A program made the translations under genes and the position numbers. Of a DNA stretch of 64,000 nucleotides, positions 13,793-28,411 are shown piece after piece. The stretch covers positions 16,616,001 to 16,680,000 of the forward strand of contig OX597840.1 of assembly GCA_951406725.2 (NCBI GenBank), in the 5' to 3' direction. The stretch's first letter is position 1. Every line of letters begins with the position of its first letter. Source of the stretch: Octopus vulgaris (lineage: Eukaryota). The notes below the pieces were generated by a model, which was not told the DNA's origin, ran no database searches, and was given only the letters and a program-made list of their open reading frames with translations.

Positions 13793-14065
13793 GTGTGTGT
13801 ATGTTTTATGTATATATGTATATGCATCTGCATGTATTTATATATGTATATGTATGCGCCTTCGTGTTTGGTCCCTTACTGCTTGACAACCTGTGTTTGT
13901 TTGTTTACATTCCCGTAACTTAGCGGTTCGGAAAAGACATATCGATAGAATAAGTATCAGACTTTAAAACAACAAGTACTGTGGTCGATTTCTTTAAATA
14001 AATCCTCCAAACGGTACTCCAGCATGGCCGACACCCAGTGACTGAAACAATTAAACGATAAAAGA
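13590..14065 (+). mobile_element. SINE family B copy (diverged)
   Basis: Head, internal TA/TG tract and tail ccagcatggccg..gactgaaacaa. Confidence 0.75.
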
Positions 14066-14113
14066 TGTGTGTATGTATGTATGTATGTATGTATGTATGT
14101 ATGTATGTATGAA

Positions 14114-14165
<52 letters not shown>

Positions 14166-14967
14166 CAGAAGTGAGTGAACAAACGAAAGGAAGCAGCACT
14201 CAACTCTTTTAATTGGAGCTGTATGTATTTAATAGCAATTGCTTTCAGTTTCACGTTTCTTAAAGTTTCGTACGCGCAGAACGTGTTCACATCATCAGAT
14301 TTTCGGAGTCAGAGTGAAGATAATTAATAAGAAAATTTAAGTGGCTTCTAGGTGAGATTATTTAAGATAGTAGGCAATAAAAGGATTTGGGAGTGATAGT
14401 TGAGTATCAGGTAGACGGCTTCGCGGTATTTGTTCCAGTTTTGTTTCCTCCATTCGAATCTGGTCGAGATCTTTATTTCTTTTTCTGAGTCAATGCAACT
14501 GAGACCCTGTATGAACATGAATGTCAATACCCGAAGGCCTGACCCATGTGCCTACTGCAGTATCAACTGTACGAAGAAGTACTTGAGGACTAGGGGCAGT
14601 GTCAAGCCAGATGGGTACGGAGGGTGAGCTGGACCAGTCATACAAAGAAGGAAGCCTGGAGATTTGGATGAAATGAATGCGCTACCTAAACACAGGGTGA
14701 TGTAAAACCGAGAGATTTAAGAGGATTATCGGGTAATGGAAAGAAAATAAGGTCTGGCATGATACTAACGGCAGAATACACTTAGCTAAAAGGTCACTGA
14801 AGTCATGATGACGGTGGTAAATTGGGCGATGTGCTAGACCTAATAGCCAAGTGAATATACGTGGAGTCTACTTTAAATTATCGCGATAGAGGGAACTCAG
14901 TTAAAGATACCCAAAAGCCAGGTGGTGTTAAACAAAGATGTTTCCACATAGGACGACGGATATAAGC

Positions 14968-14999
<32 letters not shown>

Positions 15000-15252
15000 C
15001 GTGTGTGTATGTGTACGAGTGTTTGAGCGAGTGAATGTGTATCAGTTTGTGTGTGTGTGTGTGTGGTTTATGTTTATAGGCAGTTTCAAGCGTTCGTTTT
15101 CGTTGTTATTGACTGCTGTTGTATAGTTTGGTTATAGGATGGTATTAAACGGTTGCAATATAATACTATAATGAGGGGGTGAATGTTGTTGTGAAGCAAA
15201 ATCAGATGCCCTTGGTCAGGCATCTCTTCTGTTTGTGTGTGATGTGTGGTGA

Positions 15253-15259
<7 letters not shown>

Positions 15260-15296
<37 letters not shown>

Positions 15297-15303
15297 ATGT
15301 ATG

Positions 15304-15372
<69 letters not shown>

Positions 15373-15417
15373 ACATATATATACATATATATATACATAC
15401 ATATATACATATATATA

Positions 15418-15497
<80 letters not shown>

Positions 15498-15623
15498 ATA
15501 TACATACATATATACACGCAGACTCATACATACAGACGCGCGTTCGCGCGTGCCACATGCGTACATACCACGTACAGTTACATATTCATACACGTTTCAA
15601 AATTCTCGCATCTACACAACACG

Positions 15624-15656
<33 letters not shown>

Positions 15657-16080
15657 GCATATGTGTGTGTATTTGTATATATATATTTGTATATATATGT
15701 GTATGTACATAGACACATGTACATACACAAACACACATATATGTGTCTACACACGCATACACACACACATATACACGCGTAATACACATGTGTGTATCTA
15801 AGTAAATATAGGCCGTTAAATAAGGATGGTGACGATATACATCCATATATACACATACATATACATACATATATGTATGCAAATATATATATATATTTAT
15901 ATATATATATGTATATATACATATATATATACATATATATATATATACATATATATATATATGTATATATGTATATATATATATATATACAAATACACAC
16001 ACATATGCATATATATACATGCATATATATATACATATATATATACATATATATACATACATACATATATATATATATAC
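15260..16080. repeat. (TA)n/(TACA)n compound microsatellite
   Basis: Direct reading. Confidence 0.95.
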
Positions 16081-16439
16081 TTACACGATTACGTATACTT
16101 AGTGAACAGTATTAGAGATGAAAGGAGTGAGGAAGTGGACTAAACGGGTAGTGAAGGGGAGGGGGCGTGGGGAGTGGGGAAAGAGAGAAAATTTCGGGAA
16201 GGGGGAGATGAAAAAATTTGGACTAATCAATTGTTTTTAAAATCGATAAGAAGAACGTGGGAGCTGTTACTACGTCCTGTGGCCCACAGCGCTCAATTAT
16301 TATAGCCTGGCTGTAAAATGTAGAAATGAAATTAGAAAAAAGAAATAAAACAAAAATAAAATGTAATTCATCTTTAAGGTTCGTTATAATCAATAATTAG
16401 ACCAGAGTATTGGCTTCTCTCATCAATAGTTGGAATTTA

Positions 16440-16553
16440 GGTATGATAATGATGATGTTGATGATGATGGTGATGATGATGATGTTGGTGGTGGTAGTGG
16501 TGGAGGTGGTAGTGGTGGTGGTGATGATGATGAGATGATGATGATGATGACGA

Positions 16554-16598
<45 letters not shown>

Positions 16599-16712
16599 TG
16601 ATGATGAGATGATGACGACGATGATCGTGGTTGTGGCGTTTGTGGCATTGGTGGTGGTGGGGATGACGACGACGACGACGACGATGATGACGATGATGAT
16701 GGTGATGGTGAT
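16440..16712. repeat. (GAT)n/(GGT)n/(GAC)n trinucleotide block
   Basis: Direct reading. Confidence 0.95.
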
Positions 16713-17119
16713 TATTCCTAACCTTGGCACATGGCCATAAAGTTCTTTTTCCTTTTCGGACGAAAGCAGGCGCGTGGGTGGGGGTGCGCAATCGATTGGA
16801 TCGACCTCGTTACTTGACTAGCACTTATGTTATCGACCTTCGAAAAATTATATCGATACCCACTTCCAAACGAACCCCCCCCCCGCTGACTGCATCCCCC
16901 CTTCGAACACCACCACCACCAGAGGTAAAGAGCGACCACAATATTAACAAATGGCGTAAAAGTTTATAACTAGACTGCAGAAGGCATTCTTATCCGATGC
17001 TCTTCTGATTTTCCATTCGCCATCTTCAACAATAACAGCAGCAATATTAATAGTAATAAGATTATTAATAATTTCATAATTTCAGTTCTATATTTAAGAG
17101 ACGGGGAACACAACAGACC

Positions 17120-17415
17120 CAGCTTAGACCTGCCAGATTGGCTCTTACACACAACAGCAGCACTTCGAGCAAAGACCACGGGTCAGCGATGTTCGGACAC
17201 CAAACAAGTGCGGGCAAAATAGTTTCGTCGCTCTGTGCGGATCTTGGACAGACTCTGCTAATGACACTTCCGTACTTGTAGAATTTGTACCGGAAGCGGC
17301 AATGCCATTCTGATAACACAACCAAGTCAAAATTTTTTTGAAATTTCCCGTAATTCTTGGAGCGGACCACCCGGTTGATTCTCATCGAAGTCAAGTGATT
17401 CTGCCCACATATTTG
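17120..17415 (-). mobile_element. L1/Tx1-like LINE 3' fragment (zf-RVT region)
   Basis: TWLCYQN..RVCPRSAQSDETILPALVWCP, parallel to the 53530-54090 fragment. Confidence 0.55.
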
Positions 17416-17422
17416 TCTATAT

Positions 17423-17572
17423 AGGCGTAGGAGTGGCTGTGTGGTAAGTAGCTTGCTTACCAACCACATGGTTCTGGGTTCAGTCCCACTGCGTGGCACC
17501 TTGGGCAAGTGCGCTCTACTGACCAAAGCCTTGTGAGTGGATTTGGTAGACGGAAACTGAAAGAAGCCCGTC

Positions 17573-17652
<80 letters not shown>

Positions 17653-17765
17653 CTGTGTTTGTCCCCCAACATCGCTTGACAGCCGATGCTGGTGTGTTTA
17701 TGTCCCCATAACTTAGCTGTTCGGCCAGAGAGACTCTTAGAATAAGAACTAGGCTTACAAAGAAT
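17423..17765 (+). mobile_element. SINE family B copy
   Basis: ggcgtaggagtggctgtgtggtaag..ggttcagtcccactg tRNA-like head. Confidence 0.88.
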
Positions 17766-20214
17766 TAACATCTCAATCTCTTTAAAGAGTAATACTACAA
17801 GAGTTTGTAACATAGAAACAAAGCCAATAATTTTGAGGGGAAAAGGGTTAGTCGACAACATCTGCTCAACTACTGGATTAGTTCTTTATATTATCGAAAG
17901 GTAAAGTTGATCTGGTTGGATTTGGATTATAAACGCATTTCTCCCGACTCTCTAAGAGTTTTGTAACTTTACCACCCTTAATATAAAACTGTACAAAATA
18001 TTTAAATGTAACAATAGTTTTCATTCATCGTCTATTGCGGGATGGACAGTGCTGTACAAAACACAACGTTCGGGCTTGATCTGGATTTTAGGAAATCAGA
18101 GTTAGATAAATCAAAGTGATTTTCAGGAATGTCTCAATTGGGTTAATATTATCATATAATATAATGTCAACTCGGGGACATCTCTTGATGGGGCTAAGTC
18201 CCTAATTACTTCAGAAATTTTTCGACTACTTTAAAAACCGATGTGAGCATATCACTGGTGAATCCCCTCAAAAGACCATTTGTGGAGGAGGTAAACCAGG
18301 CTGGTATACTCATTTCTATAAGTGGTGGCACTACTGAGGAAAGATGCGAACAAAGGGGACGTAATAAATAAGTTCCAGTTCTGTTTGACAGTTTGATCAA
18401 ATTGATAGCAAAGGGATTGGAGCTTGTGATCGAGGGCACGTTTGGGAAAGCACACACGAGTTCTGTTTCGACCAGGTCTATTCAAGACAACCTTCACGCC
18501 AGGCGTTACATCGAAGAAAGGCGAAGGGGAGTTAATTCGGGCGTGAGTTTGTGAATGAACACAAAAATGGTCGCACTAAATGTAAGGGGTCAAGTAGAAC
18601 AAATTCCTATGAAGGGGTAGCTAGTGTTTTTAGGTTCGAGAGTTTAAGGCACAGTTTTCCCAATGATACTCGATACTAGCGTAACTATGAAAACGAAGCT
18701 AAATTTTCAAATTCTCGAGCTAACGTGATGGATTTCCAGACGATATCAGCATAACTCTTGTTCGTCTCACTAAAGTGGCATGGGGTTGAGCAGCTAGTTG
18801 GGATACCCCTATATAACTGAAAGAATGACTTCAGTGAGGAAAACATGAAGGAAGTCTTTGGATCTGACTGAAGTTATTCAGGTAAACTCGAACATAGAAA
18901 ATAACGCAGTGAAGCAGAAACTGAGAGTCAGTGAAGAAATGTCGTGACACGAGAAAGCAAACGGAAAAGCATAATATTCACCGAGGACAATCGATAAATA
19001 TTTATTACATGACGATGAAGGTAACGAACCATTAAAATCAATGCTTATGCGACAAAAGGTCGCAGAGAACTGACCAGTTAATTTGGTTTTGGATGATATC
19101 ATAACAGATTTAACGTTTGATTAATTTGGCATCCAGAAACAACACATTTAATGTCATTCACCGATATACAGAAAACTTCACACCCGAATAAAATGCGTCA
19201 AAACTTATAATCCAAAATAGCGGAAAGATTTGCAGAATTGTCAGATGTTAATATTACACAATAACACAATAAAATAAGAAATACAGTACTACTGAGGCTT
19301 GAAGAACGATGTAAGATTTTGTAAGCGAACGATACGAGTTCTAATCAGCAGCGTGGCATTTCCATATTTTTTAAATCTTACTGTTTTGCTTTATACTGAA
19401 CATACAAGTTCTAGATTTCTGATCAGTCGTTAGGATAAATCTTTTGCCTAAGATATACCGTTTTTTTTTCTCTTTTTACTTCACCTGACACTCTCACCTG
19501 TACCATTACGTGCTTTTTCTGTTCCTCTTTTTTTTTCTTGTGCAATGATTTTCTCGACAGAATTTACTGATCGAAAAAAGGAATGTTACAAATCTACCTT
19601 TTTGGTAAAGAGTAGTCCCAATGGCGGCTTTAAAGGCACCTATTTCGGCGGCAAACGACATTTTTCTTCTATTTTAGCTTTGACAAATCATCATGAAGCA
19701 TGTTTTTAAATCATTGCTTACCATTTCCAGCTTCCTCTGAGGTTGGAAACATGGAACCAATTGAGAACAATAAACGAACAGATCAATAATACAACGCCAG
19801 CTTTGTTTATTAGTCGTAAACGCAGATACTTGAAGAGGAATTAAATGCAAATTATTGCAACTAATTCGATAACCTAGAATACAGACAGATTCAATTGAAA
19901 ATTCGCAGTTTATCGTTATTCAGTGTCATATCAGCTTTACGAACAATTTCTCACAATTTAGAGAGAATTTTGTTGTTCCTATTTGGTCTTATCACAAATA
20001 AGTCCCTATTAACAGGAATATTAGCTTCCCAGGTAGTTTTTAACTTATATTGTTTACGATTCTTTGGGAAGACACAACATTGTTTGTAAGACTAAAACTA
20101 AGATGTTTAAACTGAATCAAGTGACCGTCTGTCTCACACAATTAGTAAATGTCTCGTCATCAGAATGTAATGTAATATAGTGGTAAGCACTATGTATGTC
20201 GATAATACTCAATA

Positions 20215-22463
20215 TTAGGTTGTCCTAGATGGAATGGCCACTTAGAAATGAATCAATAAAAGCTATTATAGTTTTTCCTTCTCGAGCCATGCCTGGCTCA
20301 TAGGGCCGGTTTCCCGGTTTACCTAGCGTATAGGTTCCCCACATGGACGGGACGCCGGTCCGTCGCAGGTGAGCTGCAAAAGGAAAGAGTGAGAGAAAGT
20401 TGTGGCAAAAGAGTCAGCAGAAGTTCGACATTATCTTCTGCCGGAGCCGCGTAGGTGTTTCGTTCATAAACACACATATCGCCCAGTCTGAGATTCGAAC
20501 CCGCGATCCCACGACTGCGAGTCCGCTGCTCTAACCACAAGGCCATGTGCCTCCACTGAAAGCTATTATAATCATGATTTATTTATCAAAATAGGTTCCA
20601 TTATATATTCCTTATTTGAAAAAAAATCTCTTTTGGAGCCATGAATTGTTCAAAGGATGTCATTATTTCTTTGTATATTTTTTGTCACGGATGTAAAGCT
20701 CAAAGTGGCGAAATAAATGATAGTCTTTTGGCGATAAATGTAGAGAATATGGAGGATATTCTATAATTAGGCTGCTGTAACTTTGCTTTGGTTTGATTCG
20801 AGGCGTGGGGTCTGGCAACGTCATGCAAGACCCTTGTTTGATTACACTGCGAGACAAAATTTTTATTTATTTATTTATTTTTGTCTCTGATCAGTAAGTA
20901 TTTTTTTCTATTTGCTTCTATCTGGAAATCAAAGGAAATCACTACCATTCCCTTCAAACTTTGCTTTTGTCACTTGAACATCAATGTTTTCAAACTGACC
21001 TATTTTCCATTACATTTCAGACAAATTCAGTGCTGAGTTGCTGAAGCAGAAATATCATTATAGCAAATATTCTGTTCAATACCACAGATTTGCTTGTCAG
21101 TTGCTTGACCTTAAACCACTTGAGCAAGTCCTTTGGTGGATGACGATACATACATCTCTTATGATGAGCAGGAGTAGTTGGGGAGCATCATGGTCATGTG
21201 CTGCGGGGGTTAATTTGGGGTTTGAATAAATGTAAGAAAAGCAAAGTTTGAAGGAAATATGAACCATTTTTATACTTTCTAAGGGTAAGCAAATAGGAAA
21301 TAACAATTGCTAGCCAAGGACAAAAACGTGTTACAATGTGTAATGAATGCTGGATGTTTCCTGGCTAATTTGGAATTCATTTCCCAATTTGCTGGCGGTT
21401 GGACTGGGATGCTACCGTTTCTTCAGGTTGTAGAAACTAATGGATAATTCTTTGATGGTGCCAACAGACAGCAACCCTAACTTTCGGGAGTGGAAAAATG
21501 GTTTGAAATATGTTCTGGCAATTCTTCAGAATTTGGCTGTTGCGAACATCTTTTATTGTTGTCGCAAAGGATCCGTTTCTGTTTGTGTATTTTTTTTCAC
21601 AAATGATTATTCTTTTCAAAAATGGCGTCCTTTCGTGCAAAAAGAGGACAAACTGTCAAACGATGCATCTTGTTCGCAGTGCTTAATTAATGTGGAACAG
21701 ATTTATCCATCGTTTTCTCTACAGGTCGTTGCAAGATGACGTCCTGCAGATGATTTCGACATCTTTAATTCATTGACAAGATCTCAAACTGTGGCCCTGG
21801 AATAATCTCCATAGCATGTATTAATATTTATGATTGACCATTGATAGAGTGTCCATGAAGTTCATTATTTAATTAACTGTCTCCAGTTCGAAATTAATTT
21901 AACCATCTTCTTCCAGTTATATGAAATTTTGCCGTAAATTTTTGCCATAACATTTGCAGTTAAGAAATTTCGTTTTAACTGACTTCATCACGTTCTTTTA
22001 ATGTTCGACGTTGAATAAAAACATACTTATTTAATGCTTTTATATCACCTTTTATCATTGTTTTTTTCTTCTTTTTAAATGCTGATATAATACGCTTTAT
22101 CATTGTCCATACGACGAATTTTTCTCACGGCAGATTTTCCTATACGGTGAAATTTCTTCCAGACTCTCTTGCAGCGCAAGTTCTCATCCCAAATGCAACA
22201 TTAATATCCTCGACAGCTTGAAATGCATTTTTAACGAGTTTAAGCTCATACAAAAGCAAACGTCTGACTTCTTTTACAGATAGTTTTTACAAAAGTAAGA
22301 GCATTCAGACCCTCATATAAGCAGCAATAAATTTAAGATTTTCTAAAACTGAGATATCGGGCAGGAAAAAGTGCATAGAAAAGCTTTATGCTTTAAAATT
22401 TACCAGATATGCACTCTTATAAGCAAATTTTAAAAAGTGACCTCTTTATGTATGGCAACCTGA
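20215..22463 (-). mobile_element. Old mariner transposon with nested insertions
   Basis: TIRs TA-ttaggttg.. / ..caacctga-TA; LLLYELKL..DINVAFG N-terminus, PFLKRII, YPPYSLHLSPKDYHLF. Confidence 0.75.
20272..20556 (-). mobile_element. SINE family A with 12-bp TSD
   Basis: aaagctattata duplicated at 20259-20270 and 20559-20570; same tail as 24564-24865. Confidence 0.88.
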
Positions 22464-23189
22464 TACCTGGTAAGAAGTCGGTCGTCTGATTTGGGCAGCA
22501 AATAAACGCCTAAATAGGTGAGCTTATAAACAGCTTCGGTAAAGTCAGCTACTAATCTCCCTTTGTAGCTTCCGTCAACTACATATACTTATGCCCGCCA
22601 GAGTGCAGCACTTTACACTAGACAATGTCTTCTTCTGGCATTCTATTGATTTGCGATGGAACAATTTCGATATCAGATGAAATAAAACCTAGGAGATTTT
22701 GTGATTAAAGGTTTTAAAAGTGGCGACGGATAAAAGAAAGCTCTCGTCGAATCGGTTTTTATCGAGGACAGAGAGTAAATCTCTGAATCTGGTTAGAACA
22801 ATTCAATTCTACTCTAACAGAAATATTAACTCAGAAAAGGAACACCAAAGATAACGTTTGTCCAGCAATCAGGTGGTATTTACCTGTGCAGGCGGTCTTT
22901 TATTTTTAATCTTAGCTGATTATATTTCGTGACTGATGTCAAATTTACTAAAGCAATTCGATATCATGGCTTTATAGTCATTCGTCATCATCATTACGTT
23001 ATGTTCAACCGATTCTCTAATGAAGTTTTCGAAATCATCCGTGTCAGAGAGATTTTCTATGAATTCATAAGTCAATGGTAGAGCTTTTGTTTCTATTTCT
23101 CTATTTAACGCAGAAGCTGCACATTCAAATATTGCAGAAGGGATTAGAAGCCCTCACTGGTTCTTTCGACAGATCGGTAAAAAGGATTT

Positions 23190-23517
<328 letters not shown>

Positions 23518-23975
23518 GCTTGTTTTTTCTTCTTTCTTCAAATTTTCTTCCATTTCTCGCCGAGTGTTTTCCGTACTCCTAGGGCAGAGAAGCTCATTGT
23601 ATGCATTCCCAGATTACACACTCAAATTCACAGGTAAAATATGTATTTAAAAAAATTAATAAATAAATAAATTCATGGAATGGATGTTGTTTTCACAGCG
23701 ATAATGCTCTTCTCAGTACATGAGTCGTTCCAGTTAACACGATTTTTTGCACTTCCTGTAGGGATGGTAAACCTGGTATCATTTTCAAATAGATTTCAGT
23801 ACCTTTTTTTTTATCATTCCTAGTGATCCTACAATCACTGGTACTGTAGTCGCCTTGAGATGCCACATTTTTTCAATTTCTATTGGCATGTCTTTATATT
23901 TAATGATCTTGTCAAATTCTTTCGCCGCTATATTGTGATCGCAAGGAATACTCATGTCAATTAATAAAAACACCT
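23518..23975 (-). mobile_element. 3' fragment of Dong/R4-like RLE retrotransposon in (TAA)n
   Basis: LIDMSIP..K..KYKD..EIEKMW..VPVIVGSLG; (TTA)n on both sides. Confidence 0.85.
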
Positions 23976-23979
23976 TTTA

Positions 23980-24035
<56 letters not shown>

Positions 24036-24037
24036 GT

Positions 24038-24338
24038 GCGGCGAGCCGACAAAATCGTTAGCACGCCGGTCGATGTAATCGACTAGTACCCTCCACCCCA
24101 AATTTCAGGCTTTGTGCCTTGTGCAAGCTGGAAGAATCGTTAGCATGTTGGGAAAATGCTTAGCGGCATTTCATCCGTCTTTACGTTCTGAGTTCAAATC
24201 CTGCCGAGGGTGGCTTTGCCTTTCATCTTTCGGAGTCAATAAAAAAGTTCTTGTTGAGCACTGGGGTCGAAAATATCAACTTACTCCCGACCCCGAACGT
24301 CCTGAACTTGTGTCAAGACTTGAAACCACCAATATTAT
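24038..24338 (+). mobile_element. SINE family C copies
   Basis: gttctgagttcaaatcc..ctttgcctttcatc core. Confidence 0.7.
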
Positions 24339-24563
24339 TAAAACAAATAATGTAGTCGCCATTATGTTGCAGGAAACAATATGTCTGCATAAATTACAAC
24401 TTTGACCCCTAACGAGTTGTGGTTGCAAAAGTGGAAGCCCTTTTAGAGACCTGATTTAGTTCAGAATCCAAAAGTTCTACTCTAGGCACTTATTTTTTTA
24501 GAGTACTATGTTTAGAGATGAAGAATTATGTACATTATTTACATTATTTACATTTGACGGATG

Positions 24564-24865
24564 TGGAGGCACATGGCCTAGTGGTTAGAGCAGCGGATTC
24601 GTGGTCGAGGGATTGTAGGTTCGAATCTCAGACCGGGCGATGTATGTGTTTATGAGTGAAACACCTAAGCTCCGCGCGGCTCCGGCAGAAGGTGATGGCG
24701 AACTTCTGCTGACTCTTTCACCTCAACTTTCTCTCACTCTTTCCTCCTGCATCTTGCAGCTCACCTGCGACGGACCGGCGTCCCGTCCAGGTGGGGAACC
24801 TATACGCTAAGTAAACCGGGAAACCGGCCCTATGAGCTAGGCGTGGCTCGAGAATGAACAAACAA
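24564..24865 (+). mobile_element. SINE family A full copy
   Basis: ggaggcacatggcctagtggttagagcagcgg..ggttcgaatctc A/B-box-like head. Confidence 0.88.
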
Positions 24866-25174
24866 TGCTTTAGAAAAATAAATACATAAAAAAAGACAAA
24901 AAATCTCATGGAAACTCTTAGGGGCGTTTGATGGATATCAGCCGAAACGTTGTGTTAACAACAAAACAAGATGGGGACAAATATCCGTCAAATGTAAATA
25001 ATGTAAATCGTGTACTTATTTTTTAAAAAGCCTGGTACTTACTTTAACTGTCTCTTTTGCCGAACCATTAAGTTACGGGAATGTAAACACACCAATACAG
25101 GTTGTCAACTGGTGGCGGGGGCGAGGTGAGGGGCAAACACAGACACACACACACACACATAGATATATGTATGA

Positions 25175-25573
25175 CTAGCAGTATCGCCCGGCGTTGCTCG
25201 GATTTGTAAGGGAAATAACTATATAAGCATTTTTAGAGATGTAAAGTATAATAGCCATCTCAATATGGCTAACCACAAAGGGGGGTTGTTACTGTAGCTT
25301 TTTACGTTCTGAGATTTAATAATACATTTTTAGAGAGTTACTTCCCTTATATAATAGCAAAGAGAAAATGCATTAAAAATGGGAAAAAATTATGGTAAAT
25401 TTTGTTTTAAATCGTAGACTCATCGTAGACGCGCGCTAATACCCAGAAGGGCTCGATATGAATCACGACTATAAGATACACGCTTTTGGTTAAACTGCAC
25501 CGCAAAATGAGGGAGTAGTTAGGAATCTAAATCGTAGGAGACAGACACACAACTTCACTTTTATATATAAAGA
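25175..25573 (-). mobile_element. Non-autonomous Helitron
   Basis: Minus strand A|TC start, 3' GC hairpin ccgagcaacgccggg then CTAG|T; same family as 51979-53100. Confidence 0.8.
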
Positions 25574-25974
25574 TAAGAAGCTTGCTTCCCAACCAGATGG
25601 TTCCGGATTCAGTCCCACTGAGTGACACCTTGGGCTAGTGTCTTCTATATCTCCGCTGCCTCTCGCACCAAGAGTGGATTTTCTAAGAAAATAGTCGTAG
25701 ACTCGAGAATCTTTCATGATTGCTCTTAAAGTAAAAACCTGATTCACAACTGAAGTCAAAGCAGCAGTTTTGTGTTCTAGTTGTTTGTGTCATGTACAAA
25801 CAGAAGAGATTTCAACTATGAATGCTTTAGCAGACGTTCTTTTCTGTGTCAGCCATGACACTTCTGAGATGACAGTCTGAGCTGGGATTTCAGAAGTCCT
25901 CTAATTCTTTCCCAAATTCAATGATGACAAGCTTAAATTAACCTAGTGTTAGCTCAGTTAACATGAAACATATA

Positions 25975-26023
<49 letters not shown>

Positions 26024-26053
26024 TTTACGATTGATTGATTGATATACTTTACG

Positions 26054-26185
<132 letters not shown>

Positions 26186-26580
26186 TTATATTCCAGTTTG
26201 ATCGATGATATTTCCAACTAAATACGGTATTATCCCAGGTTAACTAAAGGCATGTCCAACATTATGGATTAAGTAATGATAAGTTCAACTACAATACTGT
26301 GTTATCTCAGATTAACTAATGACGTGTCCAAGTTTTCCGTAAGAGTGGACACAGGGGTTAGTGCAGGGTCTGGCTGGCAGTGATGGTGGTGGTGGTGGTA
26401 GTGGTGATGGTGGTGTTAATGGTAATGATAGTAGTAGTGGTAGTGCTGGTGATGGTGGTGGTGGTTGTGGTAAACATCAAAAGGGTGACAGGGACAGGGT
26501 TGGAGAAGTGAAGCAGGAGAGTATCTGGGTGGATGATCTGGTTATAAACAACAGCAACAACAACAACAACAACAACAACA

Positions 26581-26619
<39 letters not shown>

Positions 26620-27047
26620 GCCACCTGTTCCACATATCCTCCTGTGTTCCAAGCACTCTACCCTCTCTCTCTCCTTTTCTCTCTCTCTCTCTCTCTTTTA
26701 CACCCACCTACATATACACGTACATATCCCCTTATGCACACCTGCAGACTTTGATCATAGGTCTGCTTGACCAGAGCTGACCTGGTTCTAAAGGAAAAGG
26801 ACAACAACAACAACAATAACTACAACATTCTTTCATTTTTACAGACATACAGATACACACACATACATAAACACCCACACATACACACTCACACATGCGC
26901 ATACAAGAACATACATATTTATTCCTACACAGACACTCACACACACACACACGCACAGACACACGCACACATATACACAAATGCACAGACGCACACAGAG
27001 ACACTCATAGACATAAACACAGAGACACACACAGACACGGACACGAA

Positions 27048-27079
<32 letters not shown>

Positions 27080-27499
27080 ACAAACACACACACACTCACA
27101 GACGCACACAGCGACACGGACACACAGACACAGACACACAGACACAGACACACACACACTCACAGACACCCAGACACAGACGTACACAGACACACACAAA
27201 CACCCACCCACCCATTTCCAGCGTGGCCGTCCTGTATATTTAGCGGCGACTGATTATGGCCAGTTGATGCTGGCATATTGATTCAGCTGTGCACCTGTGC
27301 CATCATTATGTAGGGAGAGAGAGGGGGGAGAAGGCAGAGGGAGGAGGAGGAGGATGAGGATGGAAGGGGGAATGGTGCGATAGAGGTGAGAGGGGGAGGG
27401 AGTGGTAGAAGTAATGAATAGTGTAAGCCGGTGAACACTAGTTGAACGCATATCGATCACGGATACGTATATATTGATCGGCGCTGGACCAGTAGTGGA

Positions 27500-27790
27500 G
27501 GTGGAGGTGGAGGTGATGGTGATGACGACGACGACGACGATGAAGATGGTGATGTTGTGGGTGATGTCGATGATGATGATGATCGTCATCATGATGGTGG
27601 TGGTGGAGGCGATGACGACGACAGCGACAACGACGATGACAACGACGACGACGACGAGGATGATGATGATGATGATGATGATGAGGAGGAGGAGGAGGAG
27701 GAGGAGGAGGAGGATGGTATTGGTGGCGATGAGGATGATGATAAGTATGAGGATGGCAGTGATGACAATGATGATGATGATGATGTTGAA
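27500..27790. repeat. (GAT/GAC/GAG)n trinucleotide block
   Basis: Direct reading. Confidence 0.93.
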
Positions 27791-28411
27791 GATCATAATT
27801 TTTCTTCTACAAACAGTGTCTCAAGGCTCGATAATTAGAGGAGGCTCAGTTGGCTGAGTTGACCTCAGCGTTTGACTTCACCATTCTGCAGAACATCTGG
27901 GCTTCCAGACAAATTACCATAAAAGCTAAATAACATATTATCATCTCTAATCTGAAGTCCACTCCTTCTCTATGGAACGGAAACATGGAGAAGGACTGGG
28001 AAAACACTACAAGCGATAACAGTTTACACCAGTCACTGTCTGAGGTGCATTCTTCAAATTCGAGGTAATATTTATTCCTACTTAAACGTGGATGTTCTGT
28101 TAGGATAAGCTATACTGCGGTTGATACCACGAGAGAACAGCTCATATTAGCTTTTGGTGCTAAATGCCCTCTTGTTTGAACTAAAAGCTAATATGAGAGT
28201 TCTCTCATGGTATCTACTACAGTATTGTGTGTTCCAACAGAACATCCATATTGAATTGGAAATAAATATTATCTCTCGGTATTAAATCTGCCTCTGTTTC
28301 TTTAACAAACTAAATGGCTAATCGCAACACCAGCTCCTGATCTGGCACTATCAATTTATATATTGTTACTGGTTGGGTGATGAGTCAGTGCCATCTCTAG
28401 CGGCCCAGCAT

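Noticed and set aside
14500-14930. Possible decayed LINE or exon
   Set aside because: No frame gave recognisable motifs; too weak to call.
15110-15130. gttgtatagtt resembling the let-7 3' end
   Set aside because: Seed (tgaggtag) and hairpin partner are absent.
24564-24640. tRNA-like sequences at SINE heads (also 37580, 47229, 17423)
   Set aside because: No complete cloverleaf; they run straight into repeated SINE bodies, so they are not tRNA genes.
26217-26332. Two ~45-bp similar segments about 70 bp apart
   Set aside because: Simple old local duplication with no further structure.
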